Origin: an uncultured Pseudomonadota bacterium
GTDB taxonomy: Bacteria; Pseudomonadota; Alphaproteobacteria; RF32; CAG-239
Reading direction: 5' to 3'
Assembly (NCBI GenBank): GCA_902785935.1
Contig: CADAAN010000003.1
Span: forward strand, 33,035-97,034
Length of the DNA stretch: 64,000 nt
Position numbers and translations under genes: made by a program. The notes beneath the pieces were generated by a model. That model saw only the letters and a program-made list of their open reading frames with translations. It made no database searches and was not told where the DNA came from. This document shows, piece by piece, positions 37,810-48,919 of this stretch. Position 1 is the stretch's first letter. Every line of letters starts with the position of its first letter.

Positions 37810-37964
37810 CGATTGTCAACAAAAAAATCCAAAGTGAAATTATGTGATATTTTTATTATAGGACAAATCAAACAGACACTTGATTTTACGCGCAAAAACG
37901 CAAAATGTTTCACGTGAAACATTTTAACATTCCACGCAAAGTTCACACATTACAAATACAGATT

Positions 37965-39320
37965 TTAATCTTTTGAGCGATATGGGTTATCTGATTTGCG
38001 CACAGCGATACGAACAGGAACACCTTTTAAATCAAACGTATCGCGCAAGCTGTTTGTCAAATATCTTAAATATGATTCGGGCAAGCCTTCCGGATTGCTT
38101 GAAAAGATATAAAATGACGGCGGACGCGTTTTAGCCTGCGTGATATATTTAAGCTTAATTCTGCGTTTGTTTTTGCCGAGCGGCGGCTGATTTTGTTCTA
38201 AGACATCGGCAAACCATTGATTGAGCGGCGCTGTCGCAATGCGTTTGTTCCACCGCTGATAAACCCTCAAAACCGCATTCATCAATTTATCAAGCCCTTC
38301 TTTTTTCAAGGCTGAAATCGTCACCGTTTCAACCCCCGAAATCTGTGTCAAAGATGTCTGAAGCTTATCGTTGAGTTTTTGAATTGTCTGCTGACGCTTT
38401 GCAATATCCCATTTATTGACGGCAATCACAAGGGCCCGCCCTTCGTCAATCACCTTTCGTGCAATGGTTAAATCCTGCTTATCCAATACCGCATCAGCGT
38501 CAAGCACCAAAACCACAACCTGTGCCATAAATGCTGCATGTTTTGTTGATGCTGCCGACATTTTTTCTAAGCTGTCGGTGATTTTGCTTTGCCTTCTTAA
38601 ACCGGCTGTATCAACCAAATTGATGGTATGACCTTTATATTGCCAGCTTGTCTTTATTGCATCGCGCGTAATACCTGCCTCAGGGCCGGTTAACATACGA
38701 TTTTGACCCAAAAGCGCATTAACAAGTGTTGATTTTCCGACGTTCGGTCGGCCAACAACCGCTAAATCAATCGGACGATTTTCGTCATCTTGAGCATTTT
38801 CATCAGCATCAAAATTCTGAGATTCTTTTTTATCAAACTCTGAAAGTGATGTATACAAATCTTCCAAACCGAGTCCGTGTTCGGCCGAAAAAGGTATCGG
38901 CTCACCGAGACCAAGCTTATAGGCCTCAAAAACAGCATCTTCCTGTGCTTTACCTTCGCACTTGTTTGCAAGCAAAATCACAGGCTTTCCGCTTTGGCGC
39001 ACAAGTGCGGCAAAAACTTCATCATAAGGGTGCAAACCGGCACGGGCGTCAATCATAAAAAGACAAACATCCGCATCATTAATAGCTGTTTGTGTTTGCT
39101 CGTACATCCGTCTTTCGATGCTGTTTTCATCACCCTCTTCAAAACCTGCCGTATCAATCAGGCAAAGATTGATACCCCTGAAATCAGCCAAAACCTCGCG
39201 TCTGTCGCGCGTCACCCCCGGTGTATCATGCACAAGTGCAATTTTGCGACCCGCCAAGCGATTAAACAATGTCGACTTTCCGACATTTGCGCGTCCGATT
39301 ATTGCAACTTTTAAGCCCAT
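37965..39320 (-). CDS. der: GTPase Der (EngA), tandem G domains
   Basis: GRANVGKSTLFN and GRPNVGKSTLVN, two G1 motifs, plus a KH-like C-terminus. Confidence 0.9.
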   Translation of the reverse strand: MGLKVAIIGRANVGKSTLFNRLAGRKIALVHDTPGVTRDRREVLADFRGINLCLIDTAGFEEGDENSIERRMYEQTQTAINDADVCLFMIDARAGLHPYDEVFAALVRQSGKPVILLANKCEGKAQEDAVFEAYKLGLGEPIPFSAEHGLGLEDLYTSLSEFDKKESQNFDADENAQDDENRPIDLAVVGRPNVGKSTLVNALLGQNRMLTGPEAGITRDAIKTSWQYKGHTINLVDTAGLRRQSKITDSLEKMSAASTKHAAFMAQVVVLVLDADAVLDKQDLTIARKVIDEGRALVIAVNKWDIAKRQQTIQKLNDKLQTSLTQISGVETVTISALKKEGLDKLMNAVLRVYQRWNKRIATAPLNQWFADVLEQNQPPLGKNKRRIKLKYITQAKTRPPSFYIFSSNPEGLPESYLRYLTNSLRDTFDLKGVPVRIAVRKSDNPYRSKD

Positions 39321-39329
39321 CTTATCCCC

Positions 39330-40649
39330 TTATTTGTAAACCAACAATTTGGCGTTGTCTGTTGTAAAAACGATATTTTTTTGCGCCACAATCGGTGCAA
39401 AGGATAAGTCTTCATTTGTGTTGATTTCAGCTTCTAAAGTGCCATTTTGCGCTTTGAAAAGATAAATCATACCATTTGAAGCCGTTATCATCAATTTGCC
39501 GCCGACCAAAAGAGGACCACTTAAGATAATTTCTGCACGTTCTTTTCGTTTAAGCTTTTCAAGCACATCAACCTGCCAAAGAATCGTGCCGTCATTTTGA
39601 TTAAGTGCGACAAGTGTTTGAGCATCACTTATAAGATAAATCACCTCTTGATCAACAATTGGTGTTTGAGATCCGGAGATATAACGGCGCCATAAAATAT
39701 CACCACTTGTCAAATCAATGGCACTGGTGTTGGTCGGACCTACAGATATCACCATTTTTTTATCAATCACCGGTGATGCTTTGAGCGAATTAATGCCCGT
39801 TGAGGCACCAAAGTCAGATACTTGTGCCATATCTACCGACCAAACAGGATAACCGATTCGCGCATTAAAGGCCGTTAATTCACCATTTGAAAAGGCCGTG
39901 ATATAAGTTTCGCTTTCTTGATCATAAGCACCGCTTGCACCGCCTGCTAAGACAGTATCTTCACTGCTGACACTGTATTGCCAAATTTCAGAACCGTCAG
40001 CAACGTTTAAGGCATAAAGATGATTGTCAATCGTAAGCACAAAAAGTTTATCCCTTGCCAAGGTAGGTGAGGTGCGAATCGGCGTAGCCAAATCTTTGCG
40101 CCAAATCACATCACCGTTTAAGCCGTCAAGTGCAAAAACACCTCCAAAACCCGTCAAGGCATAAATTCTGCCCTTTCCTGCCGCCAAACCTGCCCCGTTT
40201 GAGGTGCTTTCGGCATCGTTTTTGTTCAGCGATTTAAGTTTTTGCTTAAAAACACGTTCACCATTTTTCAAATCAAAGGCATAAATCGTACCTTCGACAT
40301 TTTGCATATAAAGCAAATTGTTGTCAATCACGGGATGTGCCAAAATCAAATTTTGCTTTGATGCACCATGTTCAAACGACACACGATACACCTCTTCCAT
40401 ATTTTTGGACACTTTGATATTGCCGATGCGATGCGCCTCATTTCCACCGATTTGATAATATCCTTGAATGTCTTGAGGCTCTGAAATCTTAATGACACCT
40501 TTAGCCTTTGTTTGTGCTAACGCATCATCTTTTGCTTCTATTATAGACAATCTTTCACCTTGAGGCAGTTTTTTGTCGCTTGAAAACAGCGAGCAGGCGG
40601 TCATTAAAACCGCCGTTCCTGCAAGTAATATGTGTTTGAAATTTGGCAT
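39330..40649 (-). CDS. bamB: BamB-like PQQ-repeat outer-membrane lipoprotein
   Basis: Lipoprotein signal (LMTAC), beta-propeller repeats, and yfgM-bamB-der synteny. Confidence 0.75.
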   Translation of the reverse strand: MPNFKHILLAGTAVLMTACSLFSSDKKLPQGERLSIIEAKDDALAQTKAKGVIKISEPQDIQGYYQIGGNEAHRIGNIKVSKNMEEVYRVSFEHGASKQNLILAHPVIDNNLLYMQNVEGTIYAFDLKNGERVFKQKLKSLNKNDAESTSNGAGLAAGKGRIYALTGFGGVFALDGLNGDVIWRKDLATPIRTSPTLARDKLFVLTIDNHLYALNVADGSEIWQYSVSSEDTVLAGGASGAYDQESETYITAFSNGELTAFNARIGYPVWSVDMAQVSDFGASTGINSLKASPVIDKKMVISVGPTNTSAIDLTSGDILWRRYISGSQTPIVDQEVIYLISDAQTLVALNQNDGTILWQVDVLEKLKRKERAEIILSGPLLVGGKLMITASNGMIYLFKAQNGTLEAEINTNEDLSFAPIVAQKNIVFTTDNAKLLVYK

Positions 40650-40655
40650 TTATCG

Positions 40656-41438
40656 TTACCTTTCGGGGGTAATATCCGAAATTGCCGACATCATATCTTG
40701 AATACGCGTACGAAATTCATCGGATGTACGACTGTCTTGCAAAATTTCCTGATAAAGTTCACGCGCTTTTTCGCCTTGTCCGTCTTGAATAGCAGATAAA
40801 GCTAAATATTCTTTAGCAATCGGAGCCCATGCATCATCTGAAGCGATAACAGGTGTCAAAAGCACTTCAATTTCAGAAAATGATGCTGTATCAACTTTGC
40901 GTGCGGCCAGTTTAACCGATGCTAAATTGCGTACGCGAGGATTCAATTCATCATTCGCGGCAAGCGATTCAAGCATATTAAGCGCATCTTCGTCTTTGCC
41001 TTCATCAAACAGGACATCTGCAATTTGGATACGTGCAAGTTCGCTGTAAATACCATAATTTCCGGAAGCAACTTTTTCAAGCGCGGCAAGTGTTTGTTCA
41101 GGCGTTGAAGCAGAATTAGCCGCCAAATAAGTATCCGTTTTTGCTTTAAATTGATTGTTGCGCCAGTTTTTAATCGTTTCAAAACTGACCGTCGCACTTA
41201 AAACAATGGCAACAAATAAAATGATAAATAAACCGTATTTATTAAAAAATGCCTTAAAATTATCATTTTTGACTTCATCATCAACTTCCATAATAAAAGC
41301 ATCTACGGCTGCATCATCAACCATCGGTTTAATCTCTTTTTTTGGACGAGCTGAAGATTTTGCTTTTACATCAACTTTTTTGACTGAGGTTGATGCTTTT
41401 TGAGTGGTTTTTTTATTTTTTTGAACTTGTTTTGCCAT
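40656..41438 (-). CDS. YfgM-like membrane-anchored TPR protein
   Basis: Lys-rich N-terminus, a single TM, a TPR-like C-terminus, and position upstream of bamB. Confidence 0.6.
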   Translation of the reverse strand: MAKQVQKNKKTTQKASTSVKKVDVKAKSSARPKKEIKPMVDDAAVDAFIMEVDDEVKNDNFKAFFNKYGLFIILFVAIVLSATVSFETIKNWRNNQFKAKTDTYLAANSASTPEQTLAALEKVASGNYGIYSELARIQIADVLFDEGKDEDALNMLESLAANDELNPRVRNLASVKLAARKVDTASFSEIEVLLTPVIASDDAWAPIAKEYLALSAIQDGQGEKARELYQEILQDSRTSDEFRTRIQDMMSAISDITPER

Positions 41439-41507
41439 ATTTTTTTCCTTTTTAAGTATTTAAGTTTAAATCTAATATAAAACAATTTTTGAATTTATCA
41501 ATCAATT

Positions 41508-42758
41508 TTATTGAGTTATTTCACCGGCCAAAAATCCTCTGATCCAACGTAGGTCATCAACATGCAGTTTATTAAACACAACAACCACGTTTTTATTGGT
41601 CAATAAATTGATGGCATAGCGATCCGTCGTCGGCGTATAAGATATATCAATTCCCTTGAGTTTTGTATACGGAATAATGTTATCCTGATACGAAATACCG
41701 AGAATTTTTCGAAAAACAATGATTTTGCCGTTGTGTATTAACAAGATATCCCGCATCGTTAAATTGATGTAAGCAAAAATCACAAGCACAATCAAGACAG
41801 TATAAAATGCCAGTATCAAATAAGTCGGTAAGTAAAGCATTAAAATATTATGATTGTACGCTGCATAGCAAAAAAGTGCACCCATCAGAACAATAACGGC
41901 AACATTTAAGTTTGAATAAAAGTCATAAATCGGATGACGCATTTTAATCATTTTTTTATCTTTTTTTTGCTTAACGATAAAATCCTGAGAATGTGTTTTG
42001 TTTGATAAAAAGTTTGGGGGTAAATGCCAGCTTTTGACCACATCAACATAAGATTTTTCCATATCCTGAACGCTGTGCGAAACCATCCCTTTGTCAGAAA
42101 TGTGAATGGGCGGCAAACAAAATTCAACCGCATATTTGCGCCATAGATTACGTACCTTTTTAGGACTGGTTGAAATATAAAGTGGTACAATTTTTGACGG
42201 ATCTTCATGATAAAGTTCAATAATAAACTTGTTTTTTGTAAAAATTCCGTACTGACAGAATTTAAGTCTTAAACGCACACCTTTGTAATTGGCCAGCTTT
42301 TCTTCAAACGTATGAGCATGACCTAAAAACGGAAAATCTTGTACAGAAATGTTAATACCGTCAAAGCTGATAACCTTAAAACGCAAATCAAAAAAGGTTG
42401 ATGCTAAAATCAGTCCTGCGCCCAGTATCAATAATATCATCCCGAATGTTTCGGTTGACACCAAAGTATAGGGCTTAATCATTGATCCGGAAGCTATCGT
42501 ATCAAGATCTGTTGTACCGGAAAGCGTCCCGCTTGTAAGCAAATAAAAACCGCATACGAAAAAGAGTACCCCGAAAATAAAGCCGAAAAATAAGATAAGC
42601 GGCGAAAATCTGTTTGTACTTTTGGCAGGAACAGTATCTGTATTTAAGTAGAATTTTTGCCCGTAATGCTCACGAAAAGAATGTTTCATGTATATTTCCT
42701 TAAACGATAAATGAAAAACGTTTTGCCTTACTATACAAGATTTAAAAAAAAGATGCAC
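41508..42758 (-). CDS. Hypothetical polytopic membrane protein
   Basis: Several TM segments and no recognised domain. The start is uncertain; an alternative is MKHSF. Confidence 0.4.
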   Translation of the reverse strand: MHLFFKSCIVRQNVFHLSFKEIYMKHSFREHYGQKFYLNTDTVPAKSTNRFSPLILFFGFIFGVLFFVCGFYLLTSGTLSGTTDLDTIASGSMIKPYTLVSTETFGMILLILGAGLILASTFFDLRFKVISFDGINISVQDFPFLGHAHTFEEKLANYKGVRLRLKFCQYGIFTKNKFIIELYHEDPSKIVPLYISTSPKKVRNLWRKYAVEFCLPPIHISDKGMVSHSVQDMEKSYVDVVKSWHLPPNFLSNKTHSQDFIVKQKKDKKMIKMRHPIYDFYSNLNVAVIVLMGALFCYAAYNHNILMLYLPTYLILAFYTVLIVLVIFAYINLTMRDILLIHNGKIIVFRKILGISYQDNIIPYTKLKGIDISYTPTTDRYAINLLTNKNVVVVFNKLHVDDLRWIRGFLAGEITQ

Positions 42759-42839
42759 CTGTTTTTTTCATTTTAATAAAAATTTTAATGATTATTGTTA
42801 ATATTTGAGCAAGACAGGTTATAAAAAGAGGCATGGCGC

Positions 42840-44495
42840 ATGTTATTTTTGAGTTTTTTTAATGAACTGACATCATTTTTATTTGGGATATCAGCACTTG
42901 CATTTTTGGGTTTTGCAACTTTTTTTACTCCGAAAAGTAAGATATCAACGGGTTTGAAAGAATTTTTTTTCGGACTTTTGATTTATTTTATGACAGCAGG
43001 TTTTGTAAGTCAGTACGCTTTTTTCATTTCAACCGGTGTTTCTATTGAGGTTTTGACAACCCTAAAACTTTTGATGATGGTATGCGTAACGATTTTGTTT
43101 TTGATGGCATCATCCGAAATTTTATTACAACAAAAGTTATCCTTAACGATTATCTTTGTTTTTATTTCATGCGGCGTTTTGCTCAGTCTTTATACGGTAT
43201 TTATTGCAAAAAGCGAACAAATGTATATCAACGTCGGCACCGTTTTGCCTTTAATCGGCTTTTTATACCTTTTTTTAAGTTTTATATCACAAACTAACTT
43301 AAAAAAACATACGGGACATATCTTAGCGGCGCTTGCTGTTTTTGGTTTTATTGAGCAAATCGGTCTTTATTTGTTTTTAGGCATTCCGACTAATTTTATT
43401 TTTACGCTCGGGCTGATTTTAATACTATCCGCTTCTTACTTTATGATAGCCATGCATTTTTTAAATGAAGAAAAAGCATTGACCGAGGAAAATCTGATTA
43501 AAACACAGCAAGATATTGAAGATATTATTCAGCTGTCGCCGTTTCCGATTTTGATTTCAAAATTAACCGACGATTCTATTGTTTTTGCCAACCACAATGC
43601 TTTGAAGCTTTTTGAGCTCAATTTAGCGGAACTTTCGCGTTATCATTTCAAAGATTTATTTGTTGATGCCGACAATCGGAAACTGCTTTTTGAAAAGCTT
43701 GAGCATTTGGCAAAGGTGCAGGATTTTGAAATATTGGTCAAAACAGCCATCGGTGAAACACCTTTTTGGCTTATGGTTTCAGCCAACACAATCAGCTATC
43801 AGGGCAGTATGGCGCTTTATTGTGCATTTCAGGATATTACGGCACGAAAATTGCGCGAAAATGCCTTGCTTAATCAGGTCAATCATGATCCCTTAACGGC
43901 GATTTATAACAGGCGATATTTTGAAAAAAATGTTAAGACGAAAATCGATCAAGCCCACAAATTCTCTCAAAATTTTGCCATTTTGATGATTGACGCGGAT
44001 TATTTCAAAAACATCAACGATCAATTCGGCCATAAAACAGGCGACAAAGTTTTAATCGAACTGGCACATACGCTTGAACGCTCATTGAGGCCGGATGATA
44101 TTGTTGCGCGATACGGCGGTGAAGAATTTGTCGTGTTTTTAAACAATGTTACGGCCGACATCGCTCAGATGGTTGCACTCAGATTAAAAGATGCCGTCTC
44201 AAGCGCCGTCGTTTACAGTGAAAACGGCACACCTGTAACGTGGACGGTCAGTATCGGCGTCGCCCCGTCGGGGATTTCTGATGATGTCGGTGTAATGATT
44301 AAAATGGCTGATGATGCCATGTATTATGCCAAAGAGCAAGGCCGCAATCGCGTAGAACTTTACAAGCCGCAAATTGCACAGGGTCTTGCCTCAAAACAGC
44401 CTCAAAAAGAACAAGTTCACCCTGTTTTTGCTCGCGAAGAAGAAGAAGAAATTTCGCTCCTCGACGGGATTGAAACAAGCCATATGGAGGAATAA
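42840..44495 (+). CDS. Membrane sensor diguanylate cyclase (multi-TM N-terminus, PAS, GGDEF)
   Basis: RYGGEEF active-site motif. PAS-like region around FPILISKL... Confidence 0.8.
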   Translation: MLFLSFFNELTSFLFGISALAFLGFATFFTPKSKISTGLKEFFFGLLIYFMTAGFVSQYAFFISTGVSIEVLTTLKLLMMVCVTILFLMASSEILLQQKLSLTIIFVFISCGVLLSLYTVFIAKSEQMYINVGTVLPLIGFLYLFLSFISQTNLKKHTGHILAALAVFGFIEQIGLYLFLGIPTNFIFTLGLILILSASYFMIAMHFLNEEKALTEENLIKTQQDIEDIIQLSPFPILISKLTDDSIVFANHNALKLFELNLAELSRYHFKDLFVDADNRKLLFEKLEHLAKVQDFEILVKTAIGETPFWLMVSANTISYQGSMALYCAFQDITARKLRENALLNQVNHDPLTAIYNRRYFEKNVKTKIDQAHKFSQNFAILMIDADYFKNINDQFGHKTGDKVLIELAHTLERSLRPDDIVARYGGEEFVVFLNNVTADIAQMVALRLKDAVSSAVVYSENGTPVTWTVSIGVAPSGISDDVGVMIKMADDAMYYAKEQGRNRVELYKPQIAQGLASKQPQKEQVHPVFAREEEEEISLLDGIETSHMEE

Positions 44496-44496
44496 A

Positions 44497-45639
44497 ATGG
44501 GTTGTGCCTTAAATCAAAATTGCGGCGGATGCCGCTTCAGAGATTTATCTTTAAGCGACTATCAAAAACAAAAGAAAAATGTTGTTTTATCAATTTTAGA
44601 ACAGAATTTAGGCTCGCTTGAGGATATTTTTGAAACGCCGATTTTTATATCGGACGGGTTCAGAAGACGCGCGGCATTTGCCTTTCATCTTCAAAAAAAC
44701 AAGCTCATATTCGGATTTAACGAAAATCAAAGTCACCGTATTGTCGATATTCAAAACTGTTTGATGTTAACCCCGAAAATCAATCAAAATCTTGAAAATT
44801 TTCGTGCATTTTTAGCGCGTTTATGTACCATTGCCGTTACAAAAAAACTTAAAGGCAAAAAGTTTGCAAGCGAGCAAATTTTAGACGGCGATTTGCTCGT
44901 GACAGAAGCGCAAAACGGACTTGATGTCGTGTTAGAGGCAGACATTGCACTTTCATACAACCATCGCACGGAAATTGCCGACTTTATGGCTCAAAACGAT
45001 GATATTATTCGTTTTTCATATCGTTTGAAGCATATGCAAACAGCTGAAACAATCGTGCAAAAATCAGCGCCGTTTATTGATATTGCAGAAAGACGCGTTT
45101 TGATTTCGCCCGGAGATTTTTTACAAGCCTCGAAAGAGGGCGAAAAGGCCTTGATTGACACAGCTTTGAGATATATCGGCAATACGAGGGGCAAAATGGC
45201 GGATTTATTTTGCGGTATAGGCACGTTTTCATACGCGCTCAGCAATCTCGAAAAAAGCAAAATTTTGGCCGCTGATATCAGTCCGTCGCTTTTAGAGGGT
45301 TTTCAAAAATCCGTTCATACGCAAATGATTCAAAATATCGAAATTAAACAAAAAAATCTCTTTTTATATCCGTTTGAGGCTTCCGAACTTGAAAATTTTG
45401 ATGTCATTTTGTTTGACCCACCGCGTGCCGGTGCGCTTGAACAAGTCAGAAAAATTGCCCGAATCGAAGAAGGTAAAAAGCCAAAAAAAATCATCGCCGT
45501 TTCATGCAATGTCGGCACGTTTTGCCGTGATGCAAAAGTTTTGATTGAAGCCGGTTTTGTCTTGAAAAAAATCACGTTTGTCGATCAATTTGTATATTCA
45601 GATCACAGCGAAGTCGTGGCTTTGTTTGAAAAAGATTGA
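44497..45639 (+). CDS. RumA/RlmD-family SAM-dependent RNA (uracil-5) methyltransferase
   Basis: N-terminal Cys cluster CALNQNCGGCRF, and FDPPRAG motif IV. The ATG lies 2 nt after the GGDEF gene's stop. Confidence 0.65.
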   Translation: MGCALNQNCGGCRFRDLSLSDYQKQKKNVVLSILEQNLGSLEDIFETPIFISDGFRRRAAFAFHLQKNKLIFGFNENQSHRIVDIQNCLMLTPKINQNLENFRAFLARLCTIAVTKKLKGKKFASEQILDGDLLVTEAQNGLDVVLEADIALSYNHRTEIADFMAQNDDIIRFSYRLKHMQTAETIVQKSAPFIDIAERRVLISPGDFLQASKEGEKALIDTALRYIGNTRGKMADLFCGIGTFSYALSNLEKSKILAADISPSLLEGFQKSVHTQMIQNIEIKQKNLFLYPFEASELENFDVILFDPPRAGALEQVRKIARIEEGKKPKKIIAVSCNVGTFCRDAKVLIEAGFVLKKITFVDQFVYSDHSEVVALFEKD

Positions 45640-45724
45640 AAAAATTCTTGACAAATTTAGTTAATTTGTGTAGACTAAGAATCTCAAAGAAAGTTTTTTG
45701 TATAATCATCATAAAATTATTTAA

Positions 45725-46610
45725 TATGAAGAAGTTGATTCAAAAAGATCAAACGATTTATGCGTTTGAAAACGGCAAGCTGAGAGAACTCGGAAATGCC
45801 GTTAAGATGGAACCCGTCAGTGTCGGTATTTATAATATCGGTCATGACGTGTATCTCTTGGATGGTAACGTGCTTGAGCTTGTTGCCGCACAAGCATTTG
45901 CCTGCAAAATTGTCAGGTATGAACCCGCTAAATCCGAAACCGTGAGGGATTTGAGTTACAAGCTCCTGTGTCATCCCAAAGATTACGGAGAGCCTTCGCA
46001 AAAGCTGCTTGATGCTTATCAAGAGCTTATCAGCCGAAAAGATGAAGGTTGCACACTGCCTGATGAGGCTGTTTGCATTTTGAGCGGCGCCATGCACGGC
46101 GGTGACATCACAAACCTTTACATCGCCAAGGGTGAGCATAAAGGCTTTGTAAGCAAAAGTGAGCTTATCGAGGTCGGTTTGCCCTCCGAGCGTGCTTTTA
46201 TCTACAAAGGTATGGTCTATGCCCCTGACGGATACCTTAACTTCAGGCGCTGTGCCCTTGAGCCTTTGCTTAAAGCAAAGAGCTATATGATTTTCTGGGC
46301 AGGTCGCCATAACACACTCCTTTTTGCCTTAGTGCAAAAAGACACAAAGGCGGAACTTGTGCGCTTAGGCCCCGTTATTGAAACGGTGGTCACAAGTGTC
46401 GGCAACCTGATTGTGACGGAAGACGATGATGACAGATACGCCATTTATCGCTTGGGTGAAAGGCTTGAAAAAGTCATATCATTTGAGGGATTCGGCGGCA
46501 ATTGGGACATTGATGCTTCAACGGGCGATGTTTACGTTATGGTCGGCCCGCGCGTCAAGCAAAGGTATGTCTTCAGCAGAGGTCGATACACCTTGTCGGA
46601 TACTGACTAG
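45725..46610 (+). CDS. Hypothetical protein (295 aa), slightly G+C-richer than its neighbours
   Basis: ORF with a TTGACA-17-TAGACT promoter at 45647-45675 and a hairpin terminator at 46622-46648. Confidence 0.45.
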
Positions 46611-46689
46611 TGCTTTATTTTACCCCCGATTTGATGTCGGGGGTTTAATTTTATCAATTTATCTTTATATAAATAAAAGGAGAAAAAAA

Positions 46690-47625
46690 ATGGCAGAATA
46701 CATTGCAAATTTAATCATTATCGGCTCCGGTCCGGCGGGTTATACGGCCGGTATCTATGCGGCACGTGCCGGATTGGAGCCGGTGATGATTTCGGGTTTT
46801 GATGTCGGCGGACAACTGACAATGACGGCAAGTGTCGAAAATTTTCCGGGCTATACGAGAGCCGTCACCGGCACCGAACTGATGAGCAGGATGCACGAGC
46901 AAGCCTTAAATTTCGGCGTTAAAATCATCAATGATAAAGTCACGGAAGTTGATTTAAGCACGCGTCCGTTTGTTTTAAGCACCGAAAACGGCAATTGTTG
47001 TAAAACAAAAAGTTTGATTATTTCAACCGGTGCATCGGCAAAATGGCTCAATATCGAAACTGAAAAACAATACATCGGCAGAGGCATTTCAACCTGTGCC
47101 ACCTGTGACGGATTTTTTTACAAAAATCAACCGGTGGCAATTGTCGGCGGCGGTAATTCTGCGGCTCAGGAAGCACTTTATCTGACAAATTTTGCAAGCA
47201 AAGTTTATCTTATTCACCGGCGGGATTTGTTGCGGGCAGATTCTATTTTGCAACAACGTTTGTTTACAAACACAAAGATTGAAATTGTTTGGAACAGCGT
47301 TGTCGAAGAATTTATCGGCGGTCAAAATATTTCAGGCATCAAAATTAAAAACGTTTTGACCGACGAGCGAAAATCAATTGATGTCGCCGGCGTATTTTTG
47401 GCCATCGGACACAAACCCAATACGGAACTATTTAAAAAATACATTGCGCTTGATGAAGACGGTTATATCATTACAAAACCAAAAAGCACGGCTACAAATG
47501 TTGAGGGCGTTTTTGCCGCAGGTGACGTGCAGGATAAAATTTATCGTCAGGCCGTTGTGGCCGTAGGAACGGGCGCCATGGCTGCCATTGAAGCTCAGCG
47601 CTATCTTTCATCAAAAGAAACGTGA
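46690..47625 (+). CDS. trxB: Thioredoxin reductase
   Basis: IIGSGPAGYTAGIYAAR FAD site, CATC redox-active motif, GGGNSA NADPH site. AAAGGAG RBS. Confidence 0.9.
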   Translation: MAEYIANLIIIGSGPAGYTAGIYAARAGLEPVMISGFDVGGQLTMTASVENFPGYTRAVTGTELMSRMHEQALNFGVKIINDKVTEVDLSTRPFVLSTENGNCCKTKSLIISTGASAKWLNIETEKQYIGRGISTCATCDGFFYKNQPVAIVGGGNSAAQEALYLTNFASKVYLIHRRDLLRADSILQQRLFTNTKIEIVWNSVVEEFIGGQNISGIKIKNVLTDERKSIDVAGVFLAIGHKPNTELFKKYIALDEDGYIITKPKSTATNVEGVFAAGDVQDKIYRQAVVAVGTGAMAAIEAQRYLSSKET

Positions 47626-47734
47626 TCGAAATATATGACATGTTTTTTAAAGGTAAGGTATTGACACAGGCTCCTTTTTATTGTATCTTGCGATTCTAAA
47701 ATTATTATCAACCCAGTAAGGAAAATTAAAAAAA

Positions 47735-48700
47735 ATGGTAAATGTTAATGAAAATAATGCCTACAAAAGGGGGCAGGAACTTTTAGATGCCGGTATGTAT
47801 CGTGAAGCGATTGAGCATTTTGATACAGCTATCAGAGAGCAGCCGGATTCTTGGAAGGCAATTAATTCAAAGGGTTTTGCTTATCAAAAGATGAGTAAAT
47901 ACACCGAGGCGGTGGAATGTTTTGATAAGGCGCTTCAAATTAATCCGAAATCTGTTGAGGTCTTAAACAACAAGGGCGTAACGCTTTCAATGCGCGGTCT
48001 TTACAAAGAAGCAATCGAATGCTTTGAAACGGCCTACAAAACAGATCCGACATCACTTGAAGCCTTAAACGGCAAGGCAATTGCATTGCAACATTTGTTT
48101 ATGTTCAAAGAGGCATTGGATGTTTTGGAACAGGCTATTAAAATTGATCCGAAACATGCTCAAACCCTTTTAAGCATCGCAGTCACGCTTCAAAAATTGA
48201 AGCAATACGACCGCTCGATTGCGTTTTTCAAAAAGGTATTATCTTCAGATAAAGGCAATGTCAAGGCATGGAATGGTATCGGTGTCACCTATCAGCTGAT
48301 GGGGGACAACGAATCGGCTTTGAAATGTTTTACAAGAATTTTGAATTTGAACAGCTCTGAAATTCAAGCATGGATTTCCATCGGCTTTGTTTATCAGAAA
48401 CAGTTTAAATTTAAGGACGCTTTAAAATGCTACAAGAAGGCACAGACTTTTGTCGGCGGCAGATATCACCACAAACTTTATGACGGTTTGGCATCATGTT
48501 TGACCAAGCTTTCGGAGTTTGATCAGGCGATTGAAGTGTACAAACAGATTTTTCAGCATGAAGAAGGCAAGAAAAAATGGGATGCACAACGCTCGATTAA
48601 GTTTGTTAACAAATTAAAGCGTAAAAAAGCCATCGGGATTCTGCCCGATATCATGGCCGGTGCGCCGGCGGAAGGTTCTTCCGACGATGAAACGGCTTAA
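47735..48700 (+). CDS. Tetratricopeptide-repeat protein
   Basis: About 8 tandem 34-aa TPR units (AW.N.G..Y....Y.EA...F..A). Confidence 0.7.
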   Translation: MVNVNENNAYKRGQELLDAGMYREAIEHFDTAIREQPDSWKAINSKGFAYQKMSKYTEAVECFDKALQINPKSVEVLNNKGVTLSMRGLYKEAIECFETAYKTDPTSLEALNGKAIALQHLFMFKEALDVLEQAIKIDPKHAQTLLSIAVTLQKLKQYDRSIAFFKKVLSSDKGNVKAWNGIGVTYQLMGDNESALKCFTRILNLNSSEIQAWISIGFVYQKQFKFKDALKCYKKAQTFVGGRYHHKLYDGLASCLTKLSEFDQAIEVYKQIFQHEEGKKKWDAQRSIKFVNKLKRKKAIGILPDIMAGAPAEGSSDDETA

Positions 48701-48919
48701 AAAAACTAAAATCAAATTTATTTTTTCATAACTCCTACGACGCCATGGTATTTTCCGTGGCGTTTTTTGGTGTTTTGGTTTATTTTTCGTTGACAAGCCG
48801 TTTTTTTTATATTATATTGCGCCTTACTTCCGAGAATGCGGATTGAATAAATCCCGTCGTAGATTGATGTTTATGACTATCGGGACAATAATTTTAACAA
48901 AACAAAAAGGAAAAATTTT

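Noticed and set aside
45717-46310. 197-aa minus-strand ORF overlapping the 295-aa plus-strand ORF
   Set aside because: The plus-strand ORF has a promoter, a terminator and the longer frame. The minus ORF is likely an antisense artefact of locally higher G+C. Neither has homology support, so this call is tentative.
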